A DNA stretch of 64,000 nucleotides from NCBI GenBank assembly GCA_963674595.2, contig CAXXFV010000015.1:1-64000 (forward strand), written 5' to 3'. The position numbers were made by a program, and so were the translations under genes. The stretch is from a bacterium (GTDB lineage Bacteria > Zhuqueibacterota > Zhuqueibacteria > Residuimicrobiales > Krinioviventaceae). Below are positions 9,856 to 20,900 of this stretch, piece by piece. Positions within the stretch are counted from its first letter, which is position 1. Each line of letters begins with the position of its first letter. The notes beneath the pieces were generated by a model. That model saw only the letters and a program-made list of their open reading frames with translations. It was not told the DNA's origin and made no database searches.

Positions 9856-10547
9856 TTAATTTGTAATACCGGATTTTAGAATTAAATGACCCTGTTCTCC
9901 TTCATTAAAAAGCAGATCGAGCGATGACATTGACGGTATAAATTCACCAAATTGTTGAAAATAAGCGTTATTTTTATATGAAAACGTTTTAACCTCGTAT
10001 CCTGCCTTATTAATTTTGGGTATATCAATCAGATTTTGTTCTGTCGAGTCAATCAGGTATGTTCGGCAGTTACACTGTTTTAACCATTCGATCACTCTTT
10101 CGGTTCTGTCGGTTCTTTCCGGCAAATTCACACTAGAAATAATTTTTTTTTTTAATAACAACTTTTCAAATGTAAAAAGAGTTGTTTTGTAAAAAAGTGT
10201 ATTTGCGTTATTTTCTTTTCCCAGTAATATGGATTTTAATTCATCAATGTAATAGAGAAAATAGGGGCTGTTTTGATAATTGATTTGAATGGAGCGAAGG
10301 TGTTCTTTATTCCAGGCTTGATGATTATCGATTTTTAATTTATTTATTGATATCGTTCCCTTTCCTTTGGTGGAAACAGGGACAGAAAGCCATTTGGCTC
10401 CGGCAAAGGTTTTAATTGGCGTTCGGTTATAAAGCCTTGTTTTCTAAATTGAAAAGAGTCTCCCCAAATAACAAGATCCGCACACATTGCACGTGCACAA
10501 TATTCTGTTGTCGGGAAATATGAGGGATGTAAAACTGTTAAAATCAT
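9856..10547 (-). CDS. WbqC-family protein (one apparent frameshift at ~10427)
   Basis: HPSYFP...GDSFQFRKQGFI; restoring one A gives NRTPIKTFAGAKWLSVPV...NYQNSPYF, in frame with ORF 9856..10161 ending YFQQFGEFIPSMSSLDLLFNEG. Confidence 0.8.
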
Positions 10548-10551
10548 ATTT

Positions 10552-10582
10552 AAAAAAAAGCGGAAAGTATTCTTTCCGCTTT
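10552..10582 (-). terminator. Intrinsic terminator after tex
   Basis: GCGGAAAG/CTTTCCGC hairpin followed by a U-tract on the minus strand. Confidence 0.75.
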
Positions 10583-10586
10583 GTAA

Positions 10587-12755
10587 TTAATCATCCAAAA
10601 CCATGCTAAGGCCGATACGACCTCTTTGTTTATCAATGTTTGTAATTTTTACTTCTACAACATCCCCTACGGATACAATATCAAGAGGGTTTTTTACGTA
10701 TTTTTTAGCCATTTTGCTTAAATGTACAAGGCCATCCTGTTTAACCCCAATGTCAACAAATGCTCCAAAGTCAACCACGTTTCGGACCGTTCCTTTTAAA
10801 ATCATTCCTTCCGAAAGATCATCAATACTCAGGACATCGTTTCTTAAAATGGGTTTTGGCATTTCATCGCGCGGATCCCGGTTTGGTTTTTCAATGGATT
10901 CAATAATATCCGAAAGTGTTTCAACACCACATTGGCAGTATTCCGCCAGTTCTTTAATGGATTTGTTCCCGGTTTTTATCTTGAGTTCAACAAGTTTTCC
11001 ATTGGTTTTTATATCATTTACTTTTAACGCCAATGCTTCCAATAATTGATTCGCGGATGTATAGGATTCCGGGTGAACGGCTGTTGAATCAAAGAATATA
11101 TCACTGTCGGTAATTCTTAAAAATCCGGCTGACTGAACAAAGGCATTTTCTCCCAAACCTTTTACATTTTTAAGTTCTTCTCTGCTTTTAAATTTGCCGT
11201 GTTCTTCCCGATATTTAACAATGTTTTCAGCAACACGACTGTTGATGCCGGCAATATATTTTAAAAGTGAAGATGAGGCCGTGTTTAAATCGACACCAAC
11301 AAGGTTTACCGCCGATTCAACAACATTATCAAGCGCATCAGCTAATTTAATTTGATTGACATCATGTTGATATAAACCAACGCCGATGGATTTGGGGTCG
11401 ATTTTTACCAATTCTGAAAGCGGGTCTAACAGGCGACGGGCGATTGAAATATTGCCGCGCATGGAGGCTTCCAATTCCGGGAATTCTTTTTTTGCGACAG
11501 GAGAAGCAGAATAAACAGAGGCGCCTGCTTCGCTGACAATTGTATAAAACAGCTCTGAACTGGTTTCGTTGATAGTCTCTGCTACCAGTTGTTCGGTTTC
11601 CCGGCTTGCTGTTCCGTTTCCGATTGCTATAACGTCTATATTAAATTTATCAATAAAGTATTTAATCTTTTCTTTAGAGTTGTCCCATTGTTTTTGCGGC
11701 GGATGCGGGTATATTGTTTCACCTTCTATGTATTTACCCGTTGTATCAATTGCCGCTATTTTACAACCTGTTCTATAACCAGGATCGATGCCCAGTATAT
11801 TTTTGTTTTTCAAAGGTGGAATTAACAGTAGCGCTTTCAGGTTTGAAGCAAAAACAGTAATGGCGTGTTCATCTGCTATTTCCGTATATTTGTTGCGAAT
11901 TTCTCTTTCAATAGCCGGGGCAATAAGCCGGTGATAAGAATCGGCTATTGCTGTTTGCAGTTCTTCCGTAAATATACTTTTTTTGTTGGTAACATAAACA
12001 CTTTCGATTTTAGCTACCATTTCATCTTCCGGCACATCAAGTCCGACACGCAAATAATTTTTCTCTTTCACCGCGGTTAATAGCTAAAACGCGATAAGGG
12101 GGAATAGTTTTCAGTGATTCGGAAAATTCTTTATATATATCATATTCGGCACAATTTCAGGGTCCCGTGCTTCTGATGTTAAAATGCCTTTTTCGAGTGT
12201 ATGTTCACGAATAATTTTACGAATGTCAGCATCATCTGAAACGATTTCTGCAACGATATCTCTGGCACCGGCAAAAGCGGCATCAATCGTGGGGACCTCT
12301 TTTTCTTCATCGACAAATTCAAGAGCAAAATCTTCCGGATTGCCTTCAATAATTTCTTGTTTAAGTACCAGTTCTGCAAGAGGTTCGAGGCCCTTTGCCT
12401 TTGCGATTGTTGCCCGTGTTTTACGTTTTGGTTTGTATGGTAAATAAAGATCTTCAACGTCCTGAAGTTTGGTGGCTGAATTTATTTTTTCTGCCAGTTC
12501 TTCAGTTAATTTACCCTGTTCTTCAATACTTTTTAAAACAGTTTGTTTTCTTTCTTCCAGGTTTCGTAAATAGCGAATTCTGTCCCAAATATCCCGTATA
12601 GCCACTTCATCCAAACTGCCTGTCACTTCTTTTCGGTATCGGGCAATAAATGGAACCGTGTTGTCCTGGTCTAAAAGTTCAACGGTGCTTTTTACCTGGT
12701 TCCAGCGCAGATTCAATTCTTCTGCAATAATCGTATACATTTGATGTTCGTCCAA
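10587..12755 (-). CDS. tex: Tex / YhgF RNA-binding transcription accessory protein (two compensating indels at ~12156 and ~12060)
   Basis: NTVPFIARYRKEVTG, EDLYLPYKPKRKTRA, GIDPGYRTGCK, DPLSELVKIDPKSIGVG and a C-terminal S1 domain. Both ORF pieces are in the same frame, and the shifted middle encodes the conserved PYRVLAINRGE. Confidence 0.92.
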
Positions 12756-12815
12756 TGGTCCTCCTAATACATTGAAATCATGACATGTTCAATGTCTGTA
12801 TTTGTGAAAGCAATA

Positions 12816-12844
12816 AATATAAAATGCATTGACATGAAATGCAA
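12816..12844 (-). promoter_or_regulatory. sigma70-type promoter of tex
   Basis: TTGCAT-N17-TATATT; AGGAGG RBS before the TTG start. Confidence 0.55.
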
Positions 12845-12850
12845 GAAAAT

Positions 12851-12881
12851 AAAAAAAGCCTCCGAGTTATTTTCAGAGGCT
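12851..12881 (-). terminator. Intrinsic terminator after the DUF4412 lipoprotein
   Basis: AGCCTC...GAGGCT stem followed by a T7 tract on the minus strand. Confidence 0.7.
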
Positions 12882-12888
12882 GTATATG

Positions 12889-13710
12889 TTATTTTTCAGG
12901 TGTAATTTTTTTATAGTCTGAGGGGGGTGTGAAAATGGAATCTGGAATGGATGTTTTTTCAATTTTTAGTAAATCATCTGTTTGAGAAATTTCGTCAACT
13001 CGCTCAATTATTTGTACAGGAAAGCCGTCAAGATTTTCAATTTCTTTGGCATGTGTTGAATAAATATCGCCATTTAACAAGTCTGTAATTTGAAGATACT
13101 TGACATACAGATTTTTTATAGACATCAGGTCTTTATTTTGAGTTATCCAATACTCTTTTTCATAACCTTCTTCTTCAGTACGATATTTTACACAATTAAA
13201 ATTGTTGTGTTTAACTTTAATGTTTTGGTTGACCGGAACAGGAAATGCCTGAGCTTTAGTGCCTTGTAATATCGTTTCAAGATTTTTTTTCATTTGTTCA
13301 AGATCAATTTCCAGATAGGATTTTTTAAAAGATAAGATATTATATGCTTTATTTTGATCGATATCGATAATCATTTCAGCAACACTATTATTTGTGCTGA
13401 CACTGTCCTTTATTCTTAGTTTATTACCTTTAATATACATAGTTTGCCAGGAATATTGGGAAAGATTTTCTTCCGGCACGCCAATCAAAAGTTTCTTTTT
13501 TGCGTTGAAAAGTCTTTTTTCGTATTCCTCTTTGGAAATATCCATATTATCTAATGATTCCCGGATGGCCGTCATAATATGTTCTAATTCACGGGGTGTA
13601 TGCGTGAAGGCTTTATATATGATACCTTCAAAATAAACATTCTGAGGTTGAGGTTTGTTACAATTTGTGAACAAGATGGTGATGGAGAAAAGTAGTAGAA
13701 ATTTTTTCAT
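12889..13710 (-). CDS. DUF4412-like lipoprotein
   Basis: Signal peptide with lipobox FTNC; TMYIKGNKLRI, GFNC-like CVKY, GFPV and IPDSIFTPPSDYKK motifs. Confidence 0.7.
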   Translation of the reverse strand: MKKFLLLFSITILFTNCNKPQPQNVYFEGIIYKAFTHTPRELEHIMTAIRESLDNMDISKEEYEKRLFNAKKKLLIGVPEENLSQYSWQTMYIKGNKLRIKDSVSTNNSVAEMIIDIDQNKAYNILSFKKSYLEIDLEQMKKNLETILQGTKAQAFPVPVNQNIKVKHNNFNCVKYRTEEEGYEKEYWITQNKDLMSIKNLYVKYLQITDLLNGDIYSTHAKEIENLDGFPVQIIERVDEISQTDDLLKIEKTSIPDSIFTPPSDYKKITPEK

Positions 13711-13737
13711 AAAGTTACTCCTTTTGGCATTCTATTT

Positions 13738-14313
13738 TTATGATTTTAGCTGCTCTCGTAACATTTTTTTCAACATTTCACGGGCCCTGAATATCCGGAC
13801 TTTAACAGTACCAAGAGGTATGTCCAAATGTTCCGCAATTTCTTCATAGGATTTATCGTTAATATGTCGTAGTAAAATTGCTTCTCGATACTTTTTGGGT
13901 AATTTTTCAATGGCCGATTTAATTTGGTTCGTCTGTTCTTTGGAAATTAAACCGGATTCCGGTTCCTGGGTTGAATCCGGAAAATCTCTCTGTATGTCCC
14001 CATCTTTGGCCTTTATAGGAGAATTGAGAGAATAGGTTTGTAATTTTTTTTTTCGAAAAAAGTCGATACAATTATTAGCAGCAATTTTATATAACCAGGT
14101 AGAAAAAGCATATTCAGAGTTAAAAGAAGCAAGCGCGTTAAATGCTTTTATAAATGTTTCTTGTGTTAAATCATCTGCCTGAGCATTATCTTTTACCATT
14201 CGGAAAATGAGATGGTAAATTTGATCTTTATATCTGTTAACAATTTCTGCATAAGCCTGCTGATTACCGGCAAGTGCATCTTGTATCAAGTTTGCAGTAG
14301 AATTCTGAGACAT
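13738..14313 (-). CDS. ECF sigma-70 factor (RpoE/SigW-like)
   Basis: DDLTQETFIKAF, FSTWLYKIAANNCIDFFRK, SYEEIAEHLDIPLGTVKVRIFRAR. Confidence 0.93.
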   Translation of the reverse strand: MSQNSTANLIQDALAGNQQAYAEIVNRYKDQIYHLIFRMVKDNAQADDLTQETFIKAFNALASFNSEYAFSTWLYKIAANNCIDFFRKKKLQTYSLNSPIKAKDGDIQRDFPDSTQEPESGLISKEQTNQIKSAIEKLPKKYREAILLRHINDKSYEEIAEHLDIPLGTVKVRIFRAREMLKKMLREQLKS

Positions 14314-14345
14314 TAATATTTATTCCAATTTTGACAAATTGCTAA

Positions 14346-14413
14346 AAAGTACAGTAAAATTCAGAAACAAGCAAGTAAAAGTTATTGCAAAAGAGTATTA
14401 TAAATATTACTTT
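14346..14413. promoter_or_regulatory. Back-to-back sigma70-type promoters (ECF gene and acpS operon)
   Basis: Minus strand TTGCTT-N17-TACTTT (14374-14346); plus strand TTGCAA-N17-TACTTT (14385-14413). Confidence 0.5.
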
Positions 14414-14446
14414 AGAAATTAATTATAATCTGAAAAGAATTTTAAA

Positions 14447-14812
14447 ATGATCAATTCAATTGGTGTGGATATTGTTGATATTTCGCGGTTTGGAAGCATT
14501 GTGGAAAAACGAGGCAATGCTTTTATAAATAAGATTTTAACCGTCCGTGAGATAGATTACTGTAAAGACAAAAGTTCATACATTTCTTCTATGGCTGCCC
14601 GGTTTGCGGCAAAGGAAGCATTTATTAAATGTATCCCTCCGGATGCTGGTGTTGCATTTCGCTGGAAAGAAATTGAGATAATAAATTTGCCGAACGGGCG
14701 ACCTCAAGTAATATTAAATGGTGGATTAAAAGAATTTTTTAAAGATAATTCTATATTATTATCTTTATCACACAGCCGATCTTCAGCGGTTGCAATGGTC
14801 GTCATTCAGTGA
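14447..14812 (+). CDS. acpS: Holo-[acyl-carrier-protein] synthase
   Basis: IGVDIVDISRF, ARFAAKEAFIK, GRP, LSLSHS. Confidence 0.95.
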   Translation: MINSIGVDIVDISRFGSIVEKRGNAFINKILTVREIDYCKDKSSYISSMAARFAAKEAFIKCIPPDAGVAFRWKEIEIINLPNGRPQVILNGGLKEFFKDNSILLSLSHSRSSAVAMVVIQ

Positions 14813-14824
14813 AAGGAATTTTTC

Positions 14825-16378
14825 ATGAAAACTATTGTTACATCTACACAAATGGCTCAAATGGATGCTTTTTCTATAGAGGAAATGCAAATACCGGGAC
14901 TTGTGTTGATGGAAAATGCCGGCAGGGGAACTGTTGATATTGCAAAGGCTTTATTATCAAAAATTAACGGTACCAAAGTGGTCATTTTTTGTGGTCCTGG
15001 TAATAATGGCGGTGACGGATATGTAGTTGCCAGACATTTATTGAATGCCGGTTTTGATGTTAAGACGATTGTTTTGGCGAATAGAGAAAAAATTAAAGGT
15101 GACGCGCTTGTTAATTTTTTAATATTGGAAAACATGGGTCATCCGTTGCATTTTATAAAAGAGTCTTTTTTCTCTTTAGATGAAAAAGCCGACCTTATCA
15201 TTGATGCCATGCTTGGAACCGGGGTCAAAGGAGAGCTTTCAAGTCCCTATGACAAAGCTGTTGAGTGGATAAATGCTCAAAAAACCCTTGTTCTTGCTGT
15301 GGATATACCAACCGGAGTGAATGCTGATAACGGCGCTGTTGGTAATCACGTGATCAAAGCAGATGCCACTGCAACGATGGCTCTACACAAAAGAGGATTA
15401 TTGTTTTCTCCGGGTAGAGAATATGCCGGTGATATTTCTATTGTTGATATCAGTATGCCGAAAATTGTTGAGGATAAACTGTCTCCAAAAATTTGGCAGA
15501 TTGAAGGATTAGATGTTCAGCGTCTTTTACCGAATCACCCGGCTGATGCTCATAAAAACAAGTGTGGAACCGTAGCTGTTCTTGCCGGTTCAAAAGGGTT
15601 TACGGGCGCAGCCATGCTCACGAGTCAGGCCGTGCTTAAAAGCGGTGCTGGTTTATGTTATCTTGCATCACCAGATAGTTTGGATATAATTTATGAATCA
15701 AAATTGACTGAAGTTATTACCTGGTCTTTAGAGGATGATGGATTAGGATATTTTAAGGAAAGTAATTTCCATAATATTAAGGAAAAAGCTGTTCAACAAA
15801 ATGCAATGGCAATAGGGCCCGGTATTGGGACACAGGATGAAACGGCCAGATTGTTGTTCAACCTGATGAATAATTTGCAGCTACCACTTGTTTTAGATGC
15901 TGATGGTTTAAACCTTTGTGCGTCAAAAATTAATTTGATTAAAAATTACCCCGGAGAAATGGTGTTAACGCCTCATCCGGGTGAATTATCCAGGCTGACA
16001 GGTTATAAAACGGTGGAAATTTTAAATAATAAAATAGACATTGTTAAAGAATGCGCTAAAAACTGGAACAAGGTATTGGTTTTGAAGGGCGGACCATCGC
16101 TGATTGGTTGTCCGGATGGACGAGTTTTTATTAATTCTTCCGGGAACGCTGGAATGGCGACGGCAGGATCAGGTGATGTTTTAACGGGGATTATAACAGG
16201 TTTTATGGCCCAGGGTCTATCTGCGGAACATGCAGCAATTTCAGGCGTTTTTATACATGGTATGTCCGGAGATATTGTCAAAAAGGAAATTGGAACGATG
16301 GGTATGGTTGCATCCAACATTTTAAATGCTCTGCCCCTGGCAATACATAAAATTCAGAAAGGTGATTTTGAAATCTAG
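14825..16378 (+). CDS. nnr: Bifunctional NAD(P)H-hydrate epimerase/dehydratase
   Basis: LMENAG, GPGNNGGDG, DIPTG, HKNKCG, GPGIG, LDADGL, TPHPGE, AGSGDVLTG. Confidence 0.95.
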   Translation: MKTIVTSTQMAQMDAFSIEEMQIPGLVLMENAGRGTVDIAKALLSKINGTKVVIFCGPGNNGGDGYVVARHLLNAGFDVKTIVLANREKIKGDALVNFLILENMGHPLHFIKESFFSLDEKADLIIDAMLGTGVKGELSSPYDKAVEWINAQKTLVLAVDIPTGVNADNGAVGNHVIKADATATMALHKRGLLFSPGREYAGDISIVDISMPKIVEDKLSPKIWQIEGLDVQRLLPNHPADAHKNKCGTVAVLAGSKGFTGAAMLTSQAVLKSGAGLCYLASPDSLDIIYESKLTEVITWSLEDDGLGYFKESNFHNIKEKAVQQNAMAIGPGIGTQDETARLLFNLMNNLQLPLVLDADGLNLCASKINLIKNYPGEMVLTPHPGELSRLTGYKTVEILNNKIDIVKECAKNWNKVLVLKGGPSLIGCPDGRVFINSSGNAGMATAGSGDVLTGIITGFMAQGLSAEHAAISGVFIHGMSGDIVKKEIGTMGMVASNILNALPLAIHKIQKGDFEI

Positions 16379-16763
16379 TTTTATACGTTGGAATTTACCC
16401 CCTATTATTTGGGGAATAATAATATTCAGTTTAACCTCCTATCCAAAATTAAAAATACCGGATATTGGTTTTAATGGAACCGATAAACTGGCCCATTTTG
16501 GTGTTTATTTTATCTTTGGTTTTCTGGTTATCAGGGCTTATGTAAAAGGTGTTGATATTCGTTTATCTTTTTTGATAAAATCAATTATTTTAACTGTGTT
16601 TTTAGCATTTATTGATGAACTGCATCAATTATTCATCCCTGGAAGACATGGCGATATTTCCGATTTTTTAGCAGATTTATTTGGTATTTTGCTGGCTCAG
16701 GTTATTTTTATGATTCTTTTCAAAAAATTTAATTTTGAAAAAGCTATTCAAGAATCAAGATGA
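16368..16763 (+). CDS. VanZ-family membrane protein
   Basis: DKLAHFGVY and DELHQLFIPGRHGDISDFLAD; the start (TTG 16368) is uncertain. Confidence 0.88.
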   Translation: MKSSFIRWNLPPIIWGIIIFSLTSYPKLKIPDIGFNGTDKLAHFGVYFIFGFLVIRAYVKGVDIRLSFLIKSIILTVFLAFIDELHQLFIPGRHGDISDFLADLFGILLAQVIFMILFKKFNFEKAIQESR

Positions 16764-16773
16764 GGATGGTGTG

Positions 16774-17397
16774 ATGAAAATTTTGTTAAAATCAGTTGTA
16801 TTTACTTTTATTTTAGGTATTTTTTCTGTTGCAAATGGACAAATTTATGCATACTCACAGCCAAGAGTCGCTTTTGGTGCTAGTACGGCAATGTTTCGTA
16901 TTTCACTGGATGATTTTGAAAATGTCTATTCAAATCGCTGGGGACCGAGTTACGGTGCTTTTTTTGCCGTACGGGCATTTGGCGGAAATTATGTTCTTTT
17001 GAAATATAATAATTTTAAAAGATCCGGTAAAGATGGTATACATCCTGTTAGTAATGCCAATTTGGCCAATGCCAGGTGGAATGAAAATTGGTATGCAATT
17101 GGGTTGAGATTGCATCCCCCAATTGAGAGGAAATTTGGGTCTTATTATGGTTTTGGGATTGTTTTTTTTGATGTAAATGAAGAAAAGGATTTAACAATCT
17201 TTGAAACCAGTCCTAATGATGAGGTGGGAAACGGATTCTTTTTAGAGTTGGGAATTGAATATTTTCCTGTTAGCAAAATGGCACTGTTTTTTGAAACGGA
17301 AATTAGTTCGGGAGGGATTCATGGCAAAACCGGTTTTGAATCCATGAGCATTGGTGGATTTCGGATTGCAGCCGGTATAAATTTTTGGCCATTTTAG
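16774..17397 (+). CDS. Outer-membrane beta-barrel protein
   Basis: Signal peptide, alternating beta-strand pattern and C-terminal aromatic residue (GINFWPF). Confidence 0.7.
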   Translation: MKILLKSVVFTFILGIFSVANGQIYAYSQPRVAFGASTAMFRISLDDFENVYSNRWGPSYGAFFAVRAFGGNYVLLKYNNFKRSGKDGIHPVSNANLANARWNENWYAIGLRLHPPIERKFGSYYGFGIVFFDVNEEKDLTIFETSPNDEVGNGFFLELGIEYFPVSKMALFFETEISSGGIHGKTGFESMSIGGFRIAAGINFWPF

Positions 17398-17419
17398 TTT
17401 AATTTTTTCGATAAACTAA

Positions 17420-17448
17420 TTGACTTTGTTTTTTGGAAATCTTATCTT
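17420..17448 (+). promoter_or_regulatory. sigma70-type promoter of the small zinc-ribbon gene
   Basis: TTGACT-N17-TATCTT. Confidence 0.55.
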
Positions 17449-17510
17449 TCGGTAGTTAGGTAATTTAAATATACCGAACGATTTTTTAAGCAACATAAGG
17501 AGACATTAAA

Positions 17511-17663
17511 ATGGCAGAAACAGCTTATTGTGTCAAATGTAAGGCAAAAGTTGAAGTTAAAGATGGTCAAGAAGTTAAAATGAAAAACGGACGTCCGGCA
17601 TTAAAGGGAACATGTGCCGTATGCGGGACTGGCGTTTATAAAATTTTGCCTACAAAAAAATAA
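17511..17663 (+). CDS. 50-aa basic zinc-ribbon protein (DUF5679-like; not in ORF track)
   Basis: MAETAYCVKCKAKVEVKDGQEVKMKNGRPALKGTCAVCGTGVYKILPTKK, with AAGGAG RBS, its own promoter and a terminator. Confidence 0.88.
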   Translation: MAETAYCVKCKAKVEVKDGQEVKMKNGRPALKGTCAVCGTGVYKILPTKK

Positions 17664-17746
17664 CCTAATTTTTCCATCATGTCTCCTGCATTGTATTATT
17701 CTTGGGGAGTGGAGGATGATTTTTTAGGTGTCTGTACAAGAGTTTG

Positions 17747-17774
17747 AGGCGGATAATGTCCGCCTTTTTTTTTC
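17747..17774 (+). terminator. Intrinsic terminator
   Basis: AGGCGGA-taatg-TCCGCCT followed by a long T-tract. Confidence 0.8.
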
Positions 17775-17989
17775 TCTATTTCAGAATAATTTAGGTATTC
17801 ATTTGTAAATATTTCACGGGGAATTTGATTATTACAAATTTTTATTATTATATTATTAATATGTATAATGTATTTTATTAAGAGAAGGTTCTTGTTGGTT
17901 TTAATAAGGATGCTTATATTTGACTGCCTGTATTCATTCAATAGTTAATTTAGATGCATAAAAGGGTTTATTTTTACAAGAGTTATATT

Positions 17990-20900
17990 ATGCGATTTTT
18001 TGTGGATTTACATATCCATTCCTATTATTCCAGGGCAACAAGTAAAAAGCTAAACCTGGAACATTTAAACAAATGGGCTCAAATAAAGGGTTTATCGGTT
18101 GTTGCAACCGGGGATATTACCCATCCGAAATGGCTGGAAGAAATGAAGGAAAAATTAGAGCCTGCAGAACAGGGATTGTACCGGTTAAAAAAAGAATATG
18201 CTGCGATAACCCAGGCTGAGGTACCTGCTTCCTGTAGAAAAGATATTTATTTTATTTTATCAGGTGAAATCAGCAATATTTATAAAAAGGATTCCAGGGT
18301 ACGTAAGAACCATAATGTCGTTTTTATGCCGTCTCTGCAGGCGGTTGAAAAATTTCAGGAAAAACTGGACAGGATTGGAAACATTCGTTCAGACGGCAGG
18401 CCGATTTTGGGACTTGATTCCCGTGATTTGCTGGAAATAGCTCTTGAAACGGATTCTAACGCACATCTTGTCCCTGCCCATATCTGGACCCCCTGGTTTT
18501 CGCTGTTAGGTTCAAAATCCGGATTTGATACTGTAGAGGAATGTTTTCAGGATTTAACACCGTATATTTTTGCCCTTGAAACCGGTCTATCATCTGATCC
18601 GCCAATGAATTGGCGGCTTTCCATGCTGGACAGATACAATCTGGTTTCCAATTCCGACGCCCATTCGCCGGAAAAACTCGCCAGAGAAGCGAATGTATTT
18701 GAATGTCCTCTGAACTATGATGCCATGTTTAGTGCCTTGAAAAATAAAGATGATGACAGATTTTGGGGAACTATAGAGTTTTTCCCGGAAGAGGGCAAGT
18801 ATCACATGGATGGACATCGAAAATGCAGTAAAATGATGTTTCCAAAAGAAACCATTCAAAATAAAGGCCTGTGCCCGGTTTGTGGAAAACCGGCCGTTTT
18901 AGGTGTAAGCTATCGGGTGGAAGAACTTGCGGACCGTGATGAAGGAATAAAGCCTAAAGATGCGAAAAATTTTAAAAGCCTGGTTCCTTTAAAAGAAGTA
19001 ATTTCCGAAGTTTTTGGCGTTGGGCCCGCCAGTAAAAAGGTACAGATACTTTACGAATCCATGTACCGTGAGCTGGGTTCAGAGTTGGATATTTTGATGA
19101 ATTTATCTTTGCAGGATATTAAAGCCCATTCCGGTTCAATTGTTGCCGAAGCAATTCACCGGATGCGTGAAGGGCGGATTCATCCCGAACCCGGTTATGA
19201 CGGGGAATATGGCGTGATTCGTATTTTTTCAGATGCTGAAAAAGATGAAATCACACAACAAAAAACTTTATTTAATTTACCGGGCGTTGTGGCGAATAAA
19301 AAGCCTGAACAAAAAGTTTTAGATGCTCCTGCTGAAATTAAAAAACAAGACAAAGTTCGTGAAATAAAAGATGAATATGGCTTGAATGTTGAACAGAGAA
19401 AAGCTGTAAAACATCGGGGTGGGCCGCTTGTTATAATCGCCGGTCCCGGAACCGGGAAAACCCGTACATTGACCTACAGGATTCATGATCTCATAAGTTC
19501 AGATAATGTGCCGCTGGAATCTATTCTAGCTGTTACATTTACAAACAAAGCTGCATTGGAAATGCGTGAACGGTTGAATACATTACTGGCATCGAAAATA
19601 GAGTTTTTGACCATTGAAACGTTTCATGCTTTTTGTTTAAATATTTTGCGAAATGAAAAAACATTTTTGGGGCGTTCCAACAAATTTTCAATTGTTGATG
19701 TAAGAAATGATGCCGGTTTAAAAAAATTGCTCAAGGCACGTTGTGGTTTTGAAATTACAAACAGCCTGGTTGATAAAGTTTCTTTTCTCAAGGGTCAATT
19801 TTATGGCCCCGATGACCTGCCTAAAGAGATTGAAGAACAGTTATCCCCGAAAATTATAACATTTTATAAAGAATATGATAAATTTTTTCTAGAGAACAAT
19901 CTGCTCGACTATGATGATTTGATCATGCTCACAGTAAAATTATTGAGAAGCAATCCGGATGTGCGACGAAAGATATTACAAAAGTATCAGTATATTTCGG
20001 TAGATGAATTTCAGGACATTAATCCTTCGCAATATGAATTGTTTAAACTGTTGGCAATTTCCGCCAAAGATGTTTGTGTTATTGGTGACCCGAATCAGGC
20101 TATTTATGGATTTCGGGGTGCCGACCGCAAGTTTTTTGTGAATTTTCGTAAAGATTTTCCCAATAGCAAACAAATTAAACTTGTTCAAAATTACCGTTCT
20201 TCTCAAAATATTTTAAAAGCGTCTACTCAGCTTATCGGTAGATCAGAAATGAAAACTGATGAAAATCTTTGGTCGAACATTGTTAGCGATGTTAAAGTTC
20301 AAATTCATGAAAATTCAACAGACCGTGCGGAAGCTGAATATATTGTTCATCAGATTGAAAAGTTTATTGGCGGAACAAGCCACTTTTCTATTGATACAGA
20401 AAGAGTTGAAAATTTTGAATTGCAAAATGGTGAATATGGGTTTTCAGATATTGCTGTGTTGTTTAGAAACAGAAGTCTATTGCCGCCTTTGGTTGAGGCT
20501 TTAACAAGGTCCGGAATACCCTATCAAAATATAAATAAAGATCAATTTATTCAGCAGCCCCAGGCTGCATTGATTTTAGCTGCATTAAAAATTATTAATG
20601 CACCGATGGAACGGTTATTATGGACCAATTTTTTAGAGCTCCTGGATATTGATCTGTCAATAAAAAATGAAATTCAGGAAAAATTTAATTTTAGCTCTTT
20701 GGAATCTTTATTAACAGGTAATTTGAATCTTGAGTCGAATTCTCCTGTTATTCAATTTTTACAGTTTGTTAAGGATTACCACTCACATACACCAAAAAAC
20801 GTTTGTGATGTGTTGGAAAAAATATTAGTTACATTTGAAATAGAATTGGATGTCCCTGTAAGGAAAAAATTGTTTGATTTGGCCCGTCCTTATGACTTGA

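Noticed and set aside
10143-10153. T11 tract in wbqC as a phase-variation switch
   Set aside because: It is in frame (encodes LKKKI), and long A/T runs are common in this AT-rich sequence.
17696-17941. 81-aa minus-strand ORF
   Set aside because: Low-complexity AT-rich translation running across a terminator.
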